Position numbers and translations under genes: made by a program. DNA of 64,000 nt from Auanema rhodensis. Its lineage: Eukaryota > Animalia > Nematoda. The DNA is taken from the NCBI GenBank assembly GCA_964057225.1, contig OZ059894.1:24614001-24678000 (forward strand), in the 5' to 3' direction. The notes beneath the pieces are model-generated. The model saw only the letters and a list, made by a program, of their open reading frames with translations, had not been told where the DNA came from and ran no database searches. Of the stretch, positions 27,985-41,899 are shown piece after piece (the first letter of the stretch is position 1; each line of letters starts with the position of its first letter).

Positions 27985-28959
27985 TTCACGTGAAAGATAA
28001 AGAGATGCGGTTTTCAAAATTAGATTCCCCATGTCCATATTAGTCTAAAAACAAATTTTTATTGATATTGGTTCATGGTAACCATGACTTTGAAATTTAC
28101 GTGAACTTTAATTTATGCTAATTAAATGTACACGTGATGTGCACTTGGTATGTACCTCGCTTCACGTGAAAGATAAAGAGATGCGGTTTCCAAAATTAGA
28201 TTCCCCATGTCCATATTAGTCTAAAAACAATTTTTTTTCGATATTGGTGCATGGTAACCATGACTTTGAAATTTACGTGAACTTTAATTTATGCTAATTG
28301 AATGTACACGTGATGTGCACTTGGTATGTAACTCGCTTCACGTGAAAGATAAACAGATGCGGTTTTCAAAATTAGATTCCCCATTTCCATATTAGTCTAA
28401 AAACAAATTTTTATTAATATTGGTTCATGGTAACCATGACTTTGAAATTTACGTGAACTTTAATTTATGCTAATTAAATGTACACGTGATGTGCACTTGG
28501 TATGTAACTCGCTTCACGTGAAAGATAAAGAGATGTGGTTTTCAAAATTAGATTCCCCATGTCCATATTAGTCTAAAAACAAATTTTTATTGATATTGGT
28601 GCATGGTAACCATGACTTTGAAATTTACGTGAACTTTAATTTATGCTAATTAAATGTACACGTGATGTGCACTTGGTATGTAACTCGCTTCACGTGAAAG
28701 ATAAAGATATGCGGTTTTCAAAATTAGATTCCCCATGTCCATATTAGTCTAAAAACAAATTTTTATTGACATTGGTGCATGGTAACCATGACTTTGAAAT
28801 TTACGTGAACTTTAATTTATGCTAATTAAATGTACACGTGATGTGCACTTGGTATGTAACTCGCTTCACGTGAAAGATAAAGAGATGCGGTTTTCAAAAT
28901 TAGATTCCCCATGTCCATATTAGTCTAAAAACAAATTTTTATTGATATTGGTGCATGGT

Positions 28960-30430
28960 AATCATGACTTTGAAATTTACGTGAACTTTAATTTATTCTC
29001 ATTAAATGTACACGTGATGTGCATTTGGTATGTAACTCGCATCACGTGGAAGATAAAGAGATGCGGTTTTCAAAATTAGATTCCCCATGTCCATATTAGT
29101 CTAAAAACAAATTTTTATTGATATTGGTTCATGGTAACCATGACTTTGAAATTTACGTGAACTTTAATTTATTCTCATTAAATGTACACGTGATGTGCAC
29201 TTGGTATGTAACTCGCTTCACGTGAAAGATAAAGAGATGCGGTTTTCAAAATTAGATTCCCCATGTCCATATTAGTCTAAAAACAAATTTTTATTGATAT
29301 TGGTGCATGGTAATCATGACTTTGAAATTTACGTGAACTTTAATTTATGCTAATTAAACGTACACGTGATGTGCATTTGGTATGTAACTCGCATCACGTG
29401 GAAGATAAAGAGATGCGGTTTTCAAAATTAGATTCCCCATGTCCATATTAGTCTAAAAACAAATTTTTATTGATATTGGTTCATGGTAACCATGACTTTG
29501 AAATTTACGTGAACTTTAATTTATGCTAATTAAACGTACACGTGATGTGCATTTGGTATGTAACTCGCATCACGTGGAAGATAAAGAGATGCGGTTTTCA
29601 AAATTAGATTCCCCATGTCCATATTAGTCTAAAAACAAATTTTTATTGATATTGGTTCATGGTAACCATGACTTTGAAATTTACGTGAACTTTAATTTAT
29701 TCTCATTAAATGTACACGTGATGTGCACTTGGTATGTAACTCGCTTCACGTGAAAGATAAAGAGATGCGGTTTTCAAAATTAGATTCCCCATGTCCATAT
29801 TAGTCTAAAAACAAATTTTTATTGATATTGGTGCATGGTAATCATGACTTTGAAATTTACGTGAACTTTAATTTATGCTAATTAAACGTACACGTGATGT
29901 GCATTTGGTATGTAACTCGCATCACGTGGAAGATAAAGAGATGCGGTTTTCAAAATTAGATTCCCCATGTCCATATTAGTCTAAAAACAAATTTTTATTG
30001 ATATTGGTTCATGGTAACCATGACTTTGAAATTTACGTGAACTTTAATTTATTCTCATTAAATGTACACGTGATGTGCACTTGGTATGTAACTCGCTTCA
30101 CGTGAAAGATAAAGAGATGCGGTTTTCAAAATTAGATTCCCCATGTCCATATTAGTCTAAAAACAAATTTTTATTGATATTGGTGCATGGTAATCATGAC
30201 TTTGAAATTTACGTGAACTTTAATTTATGCTAATTAAACGTACACGTGATGTGCATTTGGTATGTAACTCGCATCACGTGGAAGATAAAGAGATGCGGTT
30301 TTCAAAATTAGATTCCCCATGTCCATATTAGTCTAAAAACAAATTTTTATTGATATTGGTTCATGGTAACCATGACTTTGAAATTTACGTGAACTTTAAT
30401 TTATTCTCATTAAATGTACACGTGATGTGC
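28960..30430. repeat. Dimeric higher-order repeat of a divergent monomer subfamily
   Basis: ATCACGTGGA at 29041, 29393, 29569, 29921 and 30273 (spacings 352, 176, 352, 352), with GCATTTGG, TAAACGTAC, GGTAATCATG and ATTCTCATT. Confidence 0.9.
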
Positions 30431-30448
30431 ACTTGGTATGTAACTCGC

Positions 30449-32210
30449 TTCACGTGAAAGATAAAGAGATGCGGTTTTCAAAATTAGATTCCCCATGTCC
30501 ATATTAGTCTAAAAACAAATTTTTATTGATATTGGTGCATGGTAATCAAGACTTTGAAATTTACGTGAACTTTAATTTATGCTAATTAAATGTACACGTG
30601 ATGTGCACTTGGTATGTAACTCGCTTCACGTAAAAGATGAAGAGATGCGGTTTTCAAAATTAGATTCCCTATGTCCATATTAGTCTAAAAACAAATTTTT
30701 ATTGATATTGGTTCATGGTAACCATGACTTTGAAATTTACGTGAACTTTAATTTATGCTAATTAAATGTACACGTGATGTGCACTTGGTATGTAACTCGC
30801 TTCACGTGAAAGATAAAGAGATGCGGTTTTCAAAATTAGATTCCCCATGTCCATATTAGTCTAAAAACAAATTTTTATTGATATTGGTGCATGGTAACCA
30901 TGACTTTGAAATTTACGTGAACTTTAATTTATGCTAATTAAATGTACACGTGATGTGCACTTGGTATGTAACTCGCTTCACGTGAAAGATAAAGAGATGC
31001 GGTTTCCAAAATTAGATTCCCCATGTCCATATTAGTCTAAAAACAATTTTTTATTGATATTGGTGCATGGTAACCATGACTTTGAAATTTACGTGAACTT
31101 TAATTTATGCTAATTAAATGTACACGTGATGTGCACTTGGTATGTAACTCGCTTCACGTGAAAGATAAAGAGATGCGGTTTCCAAAATTAGATTCCCCAT
31201 GTCCATATTAGTCTAAAAACAATTTTGTTATTGATATTGGTGCATGGTAACCATGACTTTGAAATTTACGTGAACTTTAATTTATGCTAATTAAATGTAC
31301 ACGTGATGTGCACTTGGTATGTAACTCGCTTCACGTGAAAGATAAAGAGATGCGGTTTTCAAAATTAGATTCCCCATGTCCATATTAGTCTAAAAACAAA
31401 TTTTTATTGATATTGGTGCATGGTAATCAAGACTTTGAAATTTACGTGAACTTTAATTTATGCTAATTAAATGTACACGTGATGTGCACTTGGTATGTAA
31501 CTCGCTTCACGTAAAAGATGAAGAGATGCGGTTTTCAAAATTAGATTCCCTATGTCCATATTAGTCTAAAAACAAATTTTTATTGATATTGGTTCATGGT
31601 AACCATGACTTTGAAATTTACGTGAACTTTAATTTATGCTAATTAAATGTACACGTGATGTGCACTTGGTATGTAACTCGCTTCACGTGAAAGATAAAGA
31701 GATGCGGTTTTCAAAATTAGATTCCCCATGTCCATATTAGTCTAAAAACAAATTTTTATTGATATTGGTGCATGGTAACCATGACTTTGAAATTTACGTG
31801 AACTTTAATTTATGCTAATTAAATGTACACGTGATGTGCACTTGGTATGTAACTCGCTTCACGTGAAAGATAAAGAGATGCGGTTTCCAAAATTAGATTC
31901 CCCATGTCCATATTAGTCTAAAAACAATTTTTTATTGATATTGGTGCATGGTAACCATGACTTTGAAATTTACGTGAACTTTAATTTATGCTAATTAAAT
32001 GTACACGTGATGTGCACTTGGTATGTAACTCGCTTCACGTGAAAGATAAAGAGATGCGGTTTCCAAAATTAGATTCCCCATGTCCATATTAGTCTAAAAA
32101 CAATTTTGTTATTGATATTGGTGCATGGTAACCATGACTTTGAAATTTACGTGAACTTTAATTTATGCTAATTAAATGTACACGTGATGTGCACTTGGTA
32201 TGTAACTCGC
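30449..32210. repeat. 5-mer tandem duplication (881 bp) carrying a 1-bp G insertion in each copy
   Basis: GGTAATCAAG at 30541/31422; inserted G in AATTTTGTTATTG at 31227/32108; offset 881 = 5x176+1. Confidence 0.92.
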
Positions 32211-35200
32211 TTCACGTGAAAGATAAAGAGATGCGGTTTCCAAAATTAGATTCCCCATGTCCATATTAGTCTAAAAACAATTTTTTATTGATATTGGTGC
32301 ATGGTAACCATGACTTTGAAATTTACGTGAACTTTAATTTATGCTAATTAAATGTACACGTGATGTGCACTTGGTATGTAACTCGCTTCACGTGAAAGAT
32401 AAAGAGATGCGGTTTCCAAAATTAGATTCCCCATGTCCATATTAGTCTAAAAACAAATTTTTATTGATATTGGTTCATGGTAACCATGACTTTGAAATTT
32501 ACGTGAACTTTAATTTATGCTAATTAAATGTACACGTGATGTGCACTTGGTATGTAACTCGCTTCACGTGAAAGATAAAGAGATGCGGTTTCCAAAATTA
32601 GATTCCCCATGTCCATATTAGTCTAAAAACAATTTTTTATTGATATTGGTGCATGGTAACCATGACTTTGAAATTTACGTGAACTTTAATTTATGCTAAT
32701 TAAATGTACACGTGATGTGCACTTGGTATGTAACTCGCTTCACATGAAAGATAAAGAGATGCGGTTTTCAAAATTAGATTCCCCATGTCCATATTAGTCT
32801 AAAAACAATTTTTTATTGATATTGGTGCATGGTAACCATGACTTTGAAATTTACGTGAACTTTAATTTATGCTAATTAAATTTACACGTGATGTGCACTT
32901 GGTATGTAACTCGCTTCACGTGAAAGATAAAGAGATGCGGTTTTCAAAATTAGATTCCCCATGTCCATATTAGTCTAAAAACAAATTTTTATTGATATTG
33001 GTTCATGGTAACCATGACTTTGAAATTTACGTGAACTTTAATTTATGCTAATTAAATGTACACGTGATGTGCACTTGGTATGTACCTCGCTTCACGTGAA
33101 AGATAAAGAGATGCGGTTTCCAAAATTAGATTCCCCATGTCCATATTAGTCTAAAAACAATTTTTTTTCGATATTGGTGCATGGTAACCATGACTTTGAA
33201 ATTTACGTGAACTTTAATTTATGCTAATTGAATGTACACGTGATGTGCACTTGGTATGTAACTCGCTTCACGTGAAAGATAAACAGATGCGGTTTTCAAA
33301 ATTAGATTCCCCATTTCCATATTAGTCTAAAAACAAATTTTTATTAATATTGGTTCATGGTAACCATGACTTTGAAATTTACGTGAACTTTAATTTATGC
33401 TAATTAAATGTACACGTGATGTGCACTTGGTATGTAACTCGCTTCACGTGAAAGATAAAGAGATGTGGTTTTCAAAATTAGATTCCCCATGTCCATATTA
33501 GTCTAAAAACAAATTTTTATTGATATTGGTGCATGGTAACCATGACTTTGAAATTTACGTGAACTTTAATTTATGCTAATTAAATGTACACGTGATGTGC
33601 ACTTGGTATGTAACTCGCTTCACGTGAAAGATAAAGATATGCGGTTTTCAAAATTAGATTCCCCATGTCCATATTAGTCTAAAAACAAATTTTTATTGAC
33701 ATTGGTGCATGGTAACCATGACTTTGAAATTTACGTGAACTTTAATTTATGCTAATTAAATGTACACGTGATGTGCACTTGGTATGTAACTCGCTTCACG
33801 TGAAAGATAAAGAGATGCGGTTTTCAAAATTAGATTCCCCATGTCCATATTAGTCTAAAAACAAATTTTTATTGATATTGGTGCATGGTAATCATGACTT
33901 TGAAATTTACGTGAACTTTAATTTATGCTAATTAAATGTACACGTGATGTGCACTTGGTATGTAACTCGCTTCACGTGGAAGATAAAGAGATGCGGTTTT
34001 CAAAATTAGATTCCCCATGTCCATATTAGTCTAAAAACAAATTTTTATTGATATTGCTTTATGGTAACCATGACTTTGAAATTTACGTGAACTTTAATTT
34101 ATGCTAATTAAATGTACACGTGATGTGCACTTGGTATGTAACTCGCTTCACGTGAAAGATAAAGAGATGCGGTTTTCAAAATTAGATTCCCCATGTCCAT
34201 ATTAGTCTAAAAACAAATTTTAATTGATATTGGTTCTTGGTAACCATGACTTTGAAATTTACGTGAACTTTAATTTATGCTAATTAAATGTACACGTGAT
34301 GTGCACTTGGTATGTAACTCGCTTCACGTGAAAGATAAAGAGATGCGGTTTTCAAAATTAGATTCCCCATGTCTATATTAGTCTAAAAACAAATTTTTAT
34401 CGATATTGGTTCATGGTAACCATGACTTTGAAATTTACGTGAACTTTAATTTATGCTAATTAAATGTACACGTGATGTGCACTTGGTATGTAACTCGCTT
34501 CACGTGAAAGATAAAGAGATGCGGTTTTCAAAATTAGATTCCCCATGTCCATGTTAGTCTAAAAACAAATTTTTATTGATATTGCTTCATGGTAACCATG
34601 ACTTTGAAATTTACGTGAACTTTAATTTATGCTAATTAAATGTACACGTGATGTGCACTTGGTATGTAACTCGCTTCACGTGAAAGATAAAGAGATGCGG
34701 TTTTCAAAATTAGATTCCCCATGTCCATATTAGTCTAAAAACAAATTTTTATTGATATTGCTTCATGGTAACCATGACTTTGAAATTTACGTGAACTTTA
34801 ATTTATGCTAATTAAATGTACACGTGAAGTGCACTTGGTATGTAACTCGCTTCACGTGAAAGATAAAGAGATGCGGTTTTCAAAATTAGATTCCCCATGT
34901 CCATATTAATGTAAAAACAATTTTTTATTGATATTGGTGCATGGTAACCATGACTTTGAAATTTACGTGAACTTTAAATTATGCTAATTAAATGTACACG
35001 TGATGTGCACTTGGTATGTAACTCGCTTCACGTGAAAGATAAAGAGATGCGGTTTTCAAAATTAGATTCCCCATGTCCATATTAGTCTGAAAACAAATTT
35101 TTATTGATATTGGTGCATGGTAACCATGACTTTGAAATTTACGTGAACTTTAATTTATGGTAATTAAATGTACACGTGATGTGCACTTGGTATGTAACTC

Positions 35201-38018
35201 GCTTCACGTGAAAGATAAAGAGATGCGGTTTTCAAAATTAGATTCCCCATGTCCATATTAGTCTAAAAACAAATTTTTATCGATATTGGTGCATGGTAAC
35301 CATGACTTCGAAATTTACGTGAACTTTAATTTATGCTAATTAAATGTACACGTGATGTGCACTTGGTATGTAACTCGCTTCACGTGAAAGATAAAGAGAT
35401 GCGGTTTTCAAAATTAGATTCTTCATGTCCATATTAGTCTAAAAACAAATTTTTATTGATATTGCTTCATGGTAACCATGACTTTGAAATTTACGTGAAC
35501 TTTAATTTATGCTAATTAATTGTACACGTGATGTGCACTTGGTATGTAACTCGCTTCACGTGAAAGATAAAGAGATGCGGTTTTTAAAATAAGATTCCCC
35601 ATGTCCATATTAGTCTAAAAACAAATTTTTATTGATATTGGTGCATGGTAACCATGACTTTGAAATTTACGTGAACTTTAATTTATGCTAATTAAATGTA
35701 CACGTGATGTGCACTTGGTATGTAACTCGCTTCACGTGAAAGATAAAGAGATGAGGTTTTCAAAATTAGATTCCCCATGTCCATATTAGTCTAAAAACAA
35801 ATTTTTATTGATATTGGTGCATGGTAACCATGACTTTGAAATTTACGTGAACTTTAATTTATGCTAATTAAATGTACACGTGATGTGCACTTGGTATGTA
35901 ACTCGCTTCACGTGAAAGATAAAGAGATGCGGTTTTCAAAATTAGATTCCCCATGTCCATATTAGTCTAAAAACAAATTTTCATTGATATTGGTGCATGG
36001 TAACCATGACTTTGAAATTTACGTGAACTTTAATTTATGCTAATTAAATGTACACGTGATGTGCACTTGGTATGTAACTCGCTTCACGTGAAAGATAAAG
36101 AGATGCGGTTTTCAAAATTAGATTCCCCATGTCCATATTAGTCTAAAAACAAATTTTTATTGATATTGGTGCATGGTAACCATGACTTTGAAATTTACGT
36201 GAACTTTAATTTATGCTTATTAAATGTACACGTGATGTGCACTTGGTATGTAACTCGCTTCACGTGAAAGATAAAGAGATGAGGTTTTCAAAATTAGATT
36301 CCCCATGTCCATATTAGTCTAAAAACAAATTTTTATTGATATTGGTGCATGGTAACCATGACTTTGAAATTTACGTGAACTTTAATTTATGCTAATTAAA
36401 TGTACACGTGATGTGCACTTGGTATGTAACTCGCTTCACGTGAAAGATAAAGAGATGCGGTTTTCCAAATTAGATTCCCCATGTCCATATTAGTCTAAAA
36501 ACAAATTTTCATTGATATTGGTGCATGGTAACCATGACTTTGAAATTTACGTGAACTTTAATTTATGCTAATTAAATGTACACGTGATGTGCACTTGGTA
36601 TGTAACTCGCTTCACGTGAAAGATAAAGAGATGCGGTTTTCACAATTAGATTCCCCATGTCCATATTAGTCTAAAAACAAATTTTTATTGATATTGGTGC
36701 ATGGTAACCATGACTTTGAAATTTACGTGAACTTTAATTTATGCTAATTAAATGTACACGTGATGTGCACTTGGTATGTAACTCGCTTCACGTGAAAGAT
36801 AAAGAGATGCGGTTTCCAAAATTAGATTCCCCATGTCCATATTAGTCTAAAAACAAATTTTTATTGATATTGGTTAATGGTAACCATGACTTTGAAATTT
36901 ACGTGAACTTTAATTTATGCTAATTAAATGTACACGTGATGTGCACTTGATATGTAACTCGCTTCACGTGAAAGATAAAGAGATGCGGTTTTCAAAATTA
37001 GATTCCCCATGTACATATTAGTCTAAAAACAAATTTTTATTGATATTGGTTCATGGTAACCATGACTTTGAAATTTACGTGAACTTTAATTTATGCTAAT
37101 TAAATGTACACGTGATGTGCACTTGGTATGTAACTCGCTTCACGTGAAATATAAAGAGATGCGGTTTTCAAAATTAGATTCCCCATGTACATATTAGTCT
37201 AAAAACAAATTTTTATTGATATTGGTTCATGGTAACCATGACTTTGAAATTTACGTGAACTTTAATTTATGCTAATTAAATGTACACGTGATGTGCACTT
37301 GGTATGTAACTCGCTTCACGTGAAATATAAAGAGATGCGGTTTTCAAAATTAGATTCCCCATGTCCATATTAGTCTAAAATCAAATTTTTATTGATATTG
37401 GTGCATGGTAACCATGACTTTGAAATTTACGTGAACTTTAATTTATGCTAATTAAATGTACACGTGATGTGCACTTGGTATGTAACTCGCTTCACGTGAA
37501 AGATAAAGAGATGCGGTTTTCAAAATTAGATTCCCCATGTCCATATTAGTCTAAAAACAAATTTTTATTGATATTGGTTCATGGTAACCATGACTTTGAA
37601 ATTTACGTGAACTTTAATTTATGCTTATTAAATGTACACGTGATGTGCACTTGGTATGTAACTCGCTTCACGTGAAAGATAAAGAGATGCGGTTTTCAAA
37701 ATTAGATTCCTCATGTCCATATTAGTCTAAAAACAAATTTTTATTGATATTGGTGCATGGTAACCATGACTTTGAAATTTACGTGAACTTTAATTTATGC
37801 TAATTAAATGTACACGTGATGTGCACTTGGTATGTAACTCGCTTCACGTGAAAGATAAAGAGATGCGGTTTTCAAAATTAGATTGCCCATGTCCATATTA
37901 GTCTAAAAACAAATTTTTATTGATATCGGTGCATGGTAACCATGACTTTGAAATTTACGCGAACTTTAATTTATGCTAATTAAATGTACACGTGATGTGC
38001 ACTTGGTATGTAACTCGC

Positions 38019-38095
38019 TTCACGTGAAAGATAAAGAGATGCGGTTTTCAAAATTAGATTCCCCATGTCCATATTAGTCTAAAAACAAATTTTTA
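38019..38095 (+). other. Truncated 77-bp monomer (99-bp deletion or 77-bp duplication)
   Basis: Junction AAATTTTTA|TTCACGTGAA; the next monomer starts at 38096 instead of 38195. Confidence 0.95.
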
Positions 38096-39130
38096 TTCAC
38101 GTGAAAGATAAAGAGATGCGGTTTTCAAAATTAGATTCCCCATGTCCATATTAGTCTAAAAACAAATTTTTATTGATATTGGTTCATGGTAACCATGACT
38201 TTGAAATTTACGTGAACTTTAATTTATGCTAATTAAATGTACACGTGATGTGCACTTGGTATGTGTAACTCGCTTCACGTGAAAGATAAAGAGATGCGGT
38301 TTTCAAAATTAGATTCCCCATGTCCATATTAGTCTAAAAACAAATTTTTATTGATATTGGTGCATGGTAACCATGACTTTGAAATTTACGTGAACTTTAA
38401 TTTATGCTAATTAAATGTACACGTGATGTGCACTTGGTATGTAACTCGCTTCACGTGAAAGATAAAGAGATGCGGTTTTCAAAATTAGATTCCCCATGTC
38501 CATATTAGTCTAAAAACAAATTTTTATTGATATTGGTGCATGGTAACCATGACTTTGAAATTTACGTGAACTTTAATTTATGCTAATTAAATGTACACGT
38601 GATGTGCACTTGGTATGTAACTCGCTTCACGTGAAAGATAAAGAGATGCGGTTTTCAAAATTAGATTCCCCATGTCCATATTAGTCTAAAAACAAATTTT
38701 TATTGATATTGGTGCATGGTAACCATGACTTTGAAATTTACGTGAACTTTAATTTATGCTAATTAAATGTACACGTGATGTGCACTTGGTATGTAACTCG
38801 CTTCACGTGAGAGATAAAGAGATGCGGTTTTCAAAATTAGATTCCCCATGTCCATATTAGTCTAAAAACAAATTTTTATTGATATTGGTGCATGGTAACC
38901 ATGACTTTGAATTTTACGTGAACTTTAATTTATGCTAATTAAATGTACACGTGATGTGCACTTGGTATGTAACTCGCTTCACGTGAAAGATAAAGAGATG
39001 CGGTTTTCAAAATTAGATTCCCCATGTCCATATTAGTCTAAAAACAAATTTTTATTGATATTGGTGCATGGTAACCATGACTTTGAAATTTACGTGAACT
39101 TTAATTTATGCTAATTAAATGTACACGTGA

Positions 39131-39145
39131 TGTGCACCCATGTCC
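39131..39145 (+). other. 60-bp deletion junction fusing monomer position 160 to position 45 of the next monomer
   Basis: Sequence TGTGCAC|CCATGTCC; monomer starts at 38978 and 39270 are 292 = 352-60 bp apart. Confidence 0.95.
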
Positions 39146-41899
39146 ATATTAGTCTAAAAACAAATTTTTATTGATATTGGTGCATGGTAACCATGACTTT
39201 GAAATTTACGTGAACTTTAATTTATGCTAATTAAATGTACACGTGATGTGCACTTGGTATGTAACTCGCTTCACGTGAAAGATAAAGAGATGCGGTTTTC
39301 AAAATTAGATTCCCCATGTCCATATTAGTCTAAAAACAAATTTTTATTGATATTGGTGCATGGTAACCATGACTTTGAAATTTACGTGAACTTTAATTTA
39401 TGCTAATTAAATGTACACGTGATGTGCACTTGGTATGTAACTCGCTTCACGTGAAAGATAAAGAGATGCGGTTTTCAAAATTAGATTCCCCATGTCCATA
39501 TTAGTCTAAAAACAAATTTTTATTGATATTGGTGCATGGTAACCATGACTTTGAAATTTACGTGAACTTTAATTTATGCTAATTAAATGTACACGTGATG
39601 TGCACTTGGTATGTAACTCGCTTCACGTGAAAGATAAAGAGATGCGGTTTTCAAAATTAGATTCCCCATGTCCATATTAGTCTAAAAACAGATTTTTATT
39701 GATATTGGTTCATGGTAACCATGACTTTGAAATTTACGTGAACTTTAATTTATGCTAATTAAATGTACACGTGATGTGCACTTGGTATGTAACTCGCTTC
39801 ACGTGAAAGATAAAGAGATGCGGTTTCCAAAATTAGATTCCCCATGTCCATATTAGTCTAAAAACAAATTTTTATTGATATTGCTTCATGGTAACCATGA
39901 CTTTGAAATTTACGTGAACTTTAATTTATGCTAATTAAATGTACACGTGATGTGCACTTGGTATGTAACTCGCTTCACGTGAAAGATAAAGAGATGCGGT
40001 TTTCAAAATTAGATTCCCCATGTCCATATTAGTCTAAAAACAAATTTTTATTGATATTGGTGCATGGTAACCATGACTTTGAAATTTACGTGAACTTTAA
40101 TTTATGCTAATTAAATGTACACGTGATGTGCACTCGGTATGTAACTCGCTTCACGTGATAAGATAAAGACATGCGGTTTTCAAAATTAGATTCCCCATGT
40201 CCATATTAGTCTAAAAACAAATTTTTATTGATATTGGTGCATGGTAACCATGACTTTGAAATTTACGTGAACTTTAATTTATGCTAATTAAATGTACACG
40301 TGATGTGCACTTGGTATGAAACTCGCTTCACGTGAAAGATAAAGAGATACGGTTTTCAAAATTAGATTCCCCATGTCCATATTAGTCTAAAAACAAATTT
40401 TTATTGATATTGGTGCATGGTAACCATGACTTTGAAATTTACGTGAACTTTAATTTATGCTAATTAAATGTACACGTGATGTGCACTTGGTATGTAACTC
40501 GCTTCACGTGAAAGATAAAGAGATGCGGTTTTCAAAATTAGATTCCCCATGTCCATATTAGTCTAAAAACAAATTTTTATTGATATTGGTGCATGGTAAC
40601 CATGACTTTGAAATTTACGTGAACTTTAATTTATGCTAATTAAATGTACACGTGATGTGCACTTGGTATGTAACTCGCTTCACGTGAAAGATGAAGAGAT
40701 GCGGTTTTCAAAATTAGATTCCCCATGTCCATATTAGTCTAAAAACAAATTTTTATTGATATTGGTTCATGGTAACCATGACTTTGAAACTTACGTGAAC
40801 TTTAATTTATGCTAATTAAATGTACACGTGATGTGCACTTGGTATGTAACTCGCTTCACGTGAAAGATAAAGAGATGCGGTTTTCAAAATTAGATTCCCC
40901 ATGTCCATATTAGTCTAAAAACAAATTTTTATTGATATTGGTGCATGGTAACCATGACTTTGAAATTTACGTGAACTTTAATTTATGCTAATTAAATGTA
41001 CACGTGATGTGCACTTGGTATGTAACTCGCTTCACGTGAAAGATAAAGAGATGCGGTTTTCAAAATTAGATTCCCCATGTCCATATTAGTCTAAAAACAA
41101 ATTTTTATTGATATTGGTTCATGGTAACCATGACTTTGAAATTTACGTGAACTTTAATTTATGCTAATTAAATGTACACGTGATGTGCACTTGGTATGTA
41201 ACTCGCTTCACGTGAAAGATAAAGAGATGCGGTTTTCAAAATTAGATTCCCCATGTCCATATTAGTCTAAAAACAAATTTTTATTGATATTGGTGCATGG
41301 TAACCATGACTTTGAAATTTACGTGAACTTTAATTTATGCTAATTAAATGTACACGTGATGTGCACTTGGTATGTAACTCGCTTCACGTGAAAGATAAAG
41401 AGATGCGGTTTTCAAAATTAGATTCCCCATGTCCATATTAGTCTAAAAACAAATGTTTATTGATATTGGTGCATGGTAACCATGACTTTGAAATTTACGT
41501 GAACTTTAATTTATGCTAATTAAATGTACACGTGATGTGCACTTGGTATGTAACTCGCTTCACGTGAAAGATAAAGAGATGCGGTTTTCAAAATTAGATT
41601 CCCCATGTCCATATTAGTCTAAAAACAAATTTTTATTGATATTGGTGCATGGTAACCATGACTTTGAAATTTACGTGAACTTTAATTTATGCTAATTAAA
41701 TGTACACGTGATGTGCACTTGGTATGTAACTCGCTTCACGTGAAAGATGAAGAGATGCGGTTTTCAAAATTAGATTCCCCATGTCCATATTAGTCTAAAA
41801 ACAAATTTTTATTGATATTGGTGCATGGTAACCATGACTTTGAAATTTACGTGAACTTTAATTTATGCTAATTAAATGTACACGTGATGTGCACTTGGT

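Noticed and set aside
38019-40160. Transposon insertion or inversion at the phase breaks
   Set aside because: All junctions join satellite to satellite in the same orientation, with no foreign sequence or target-site duplication.
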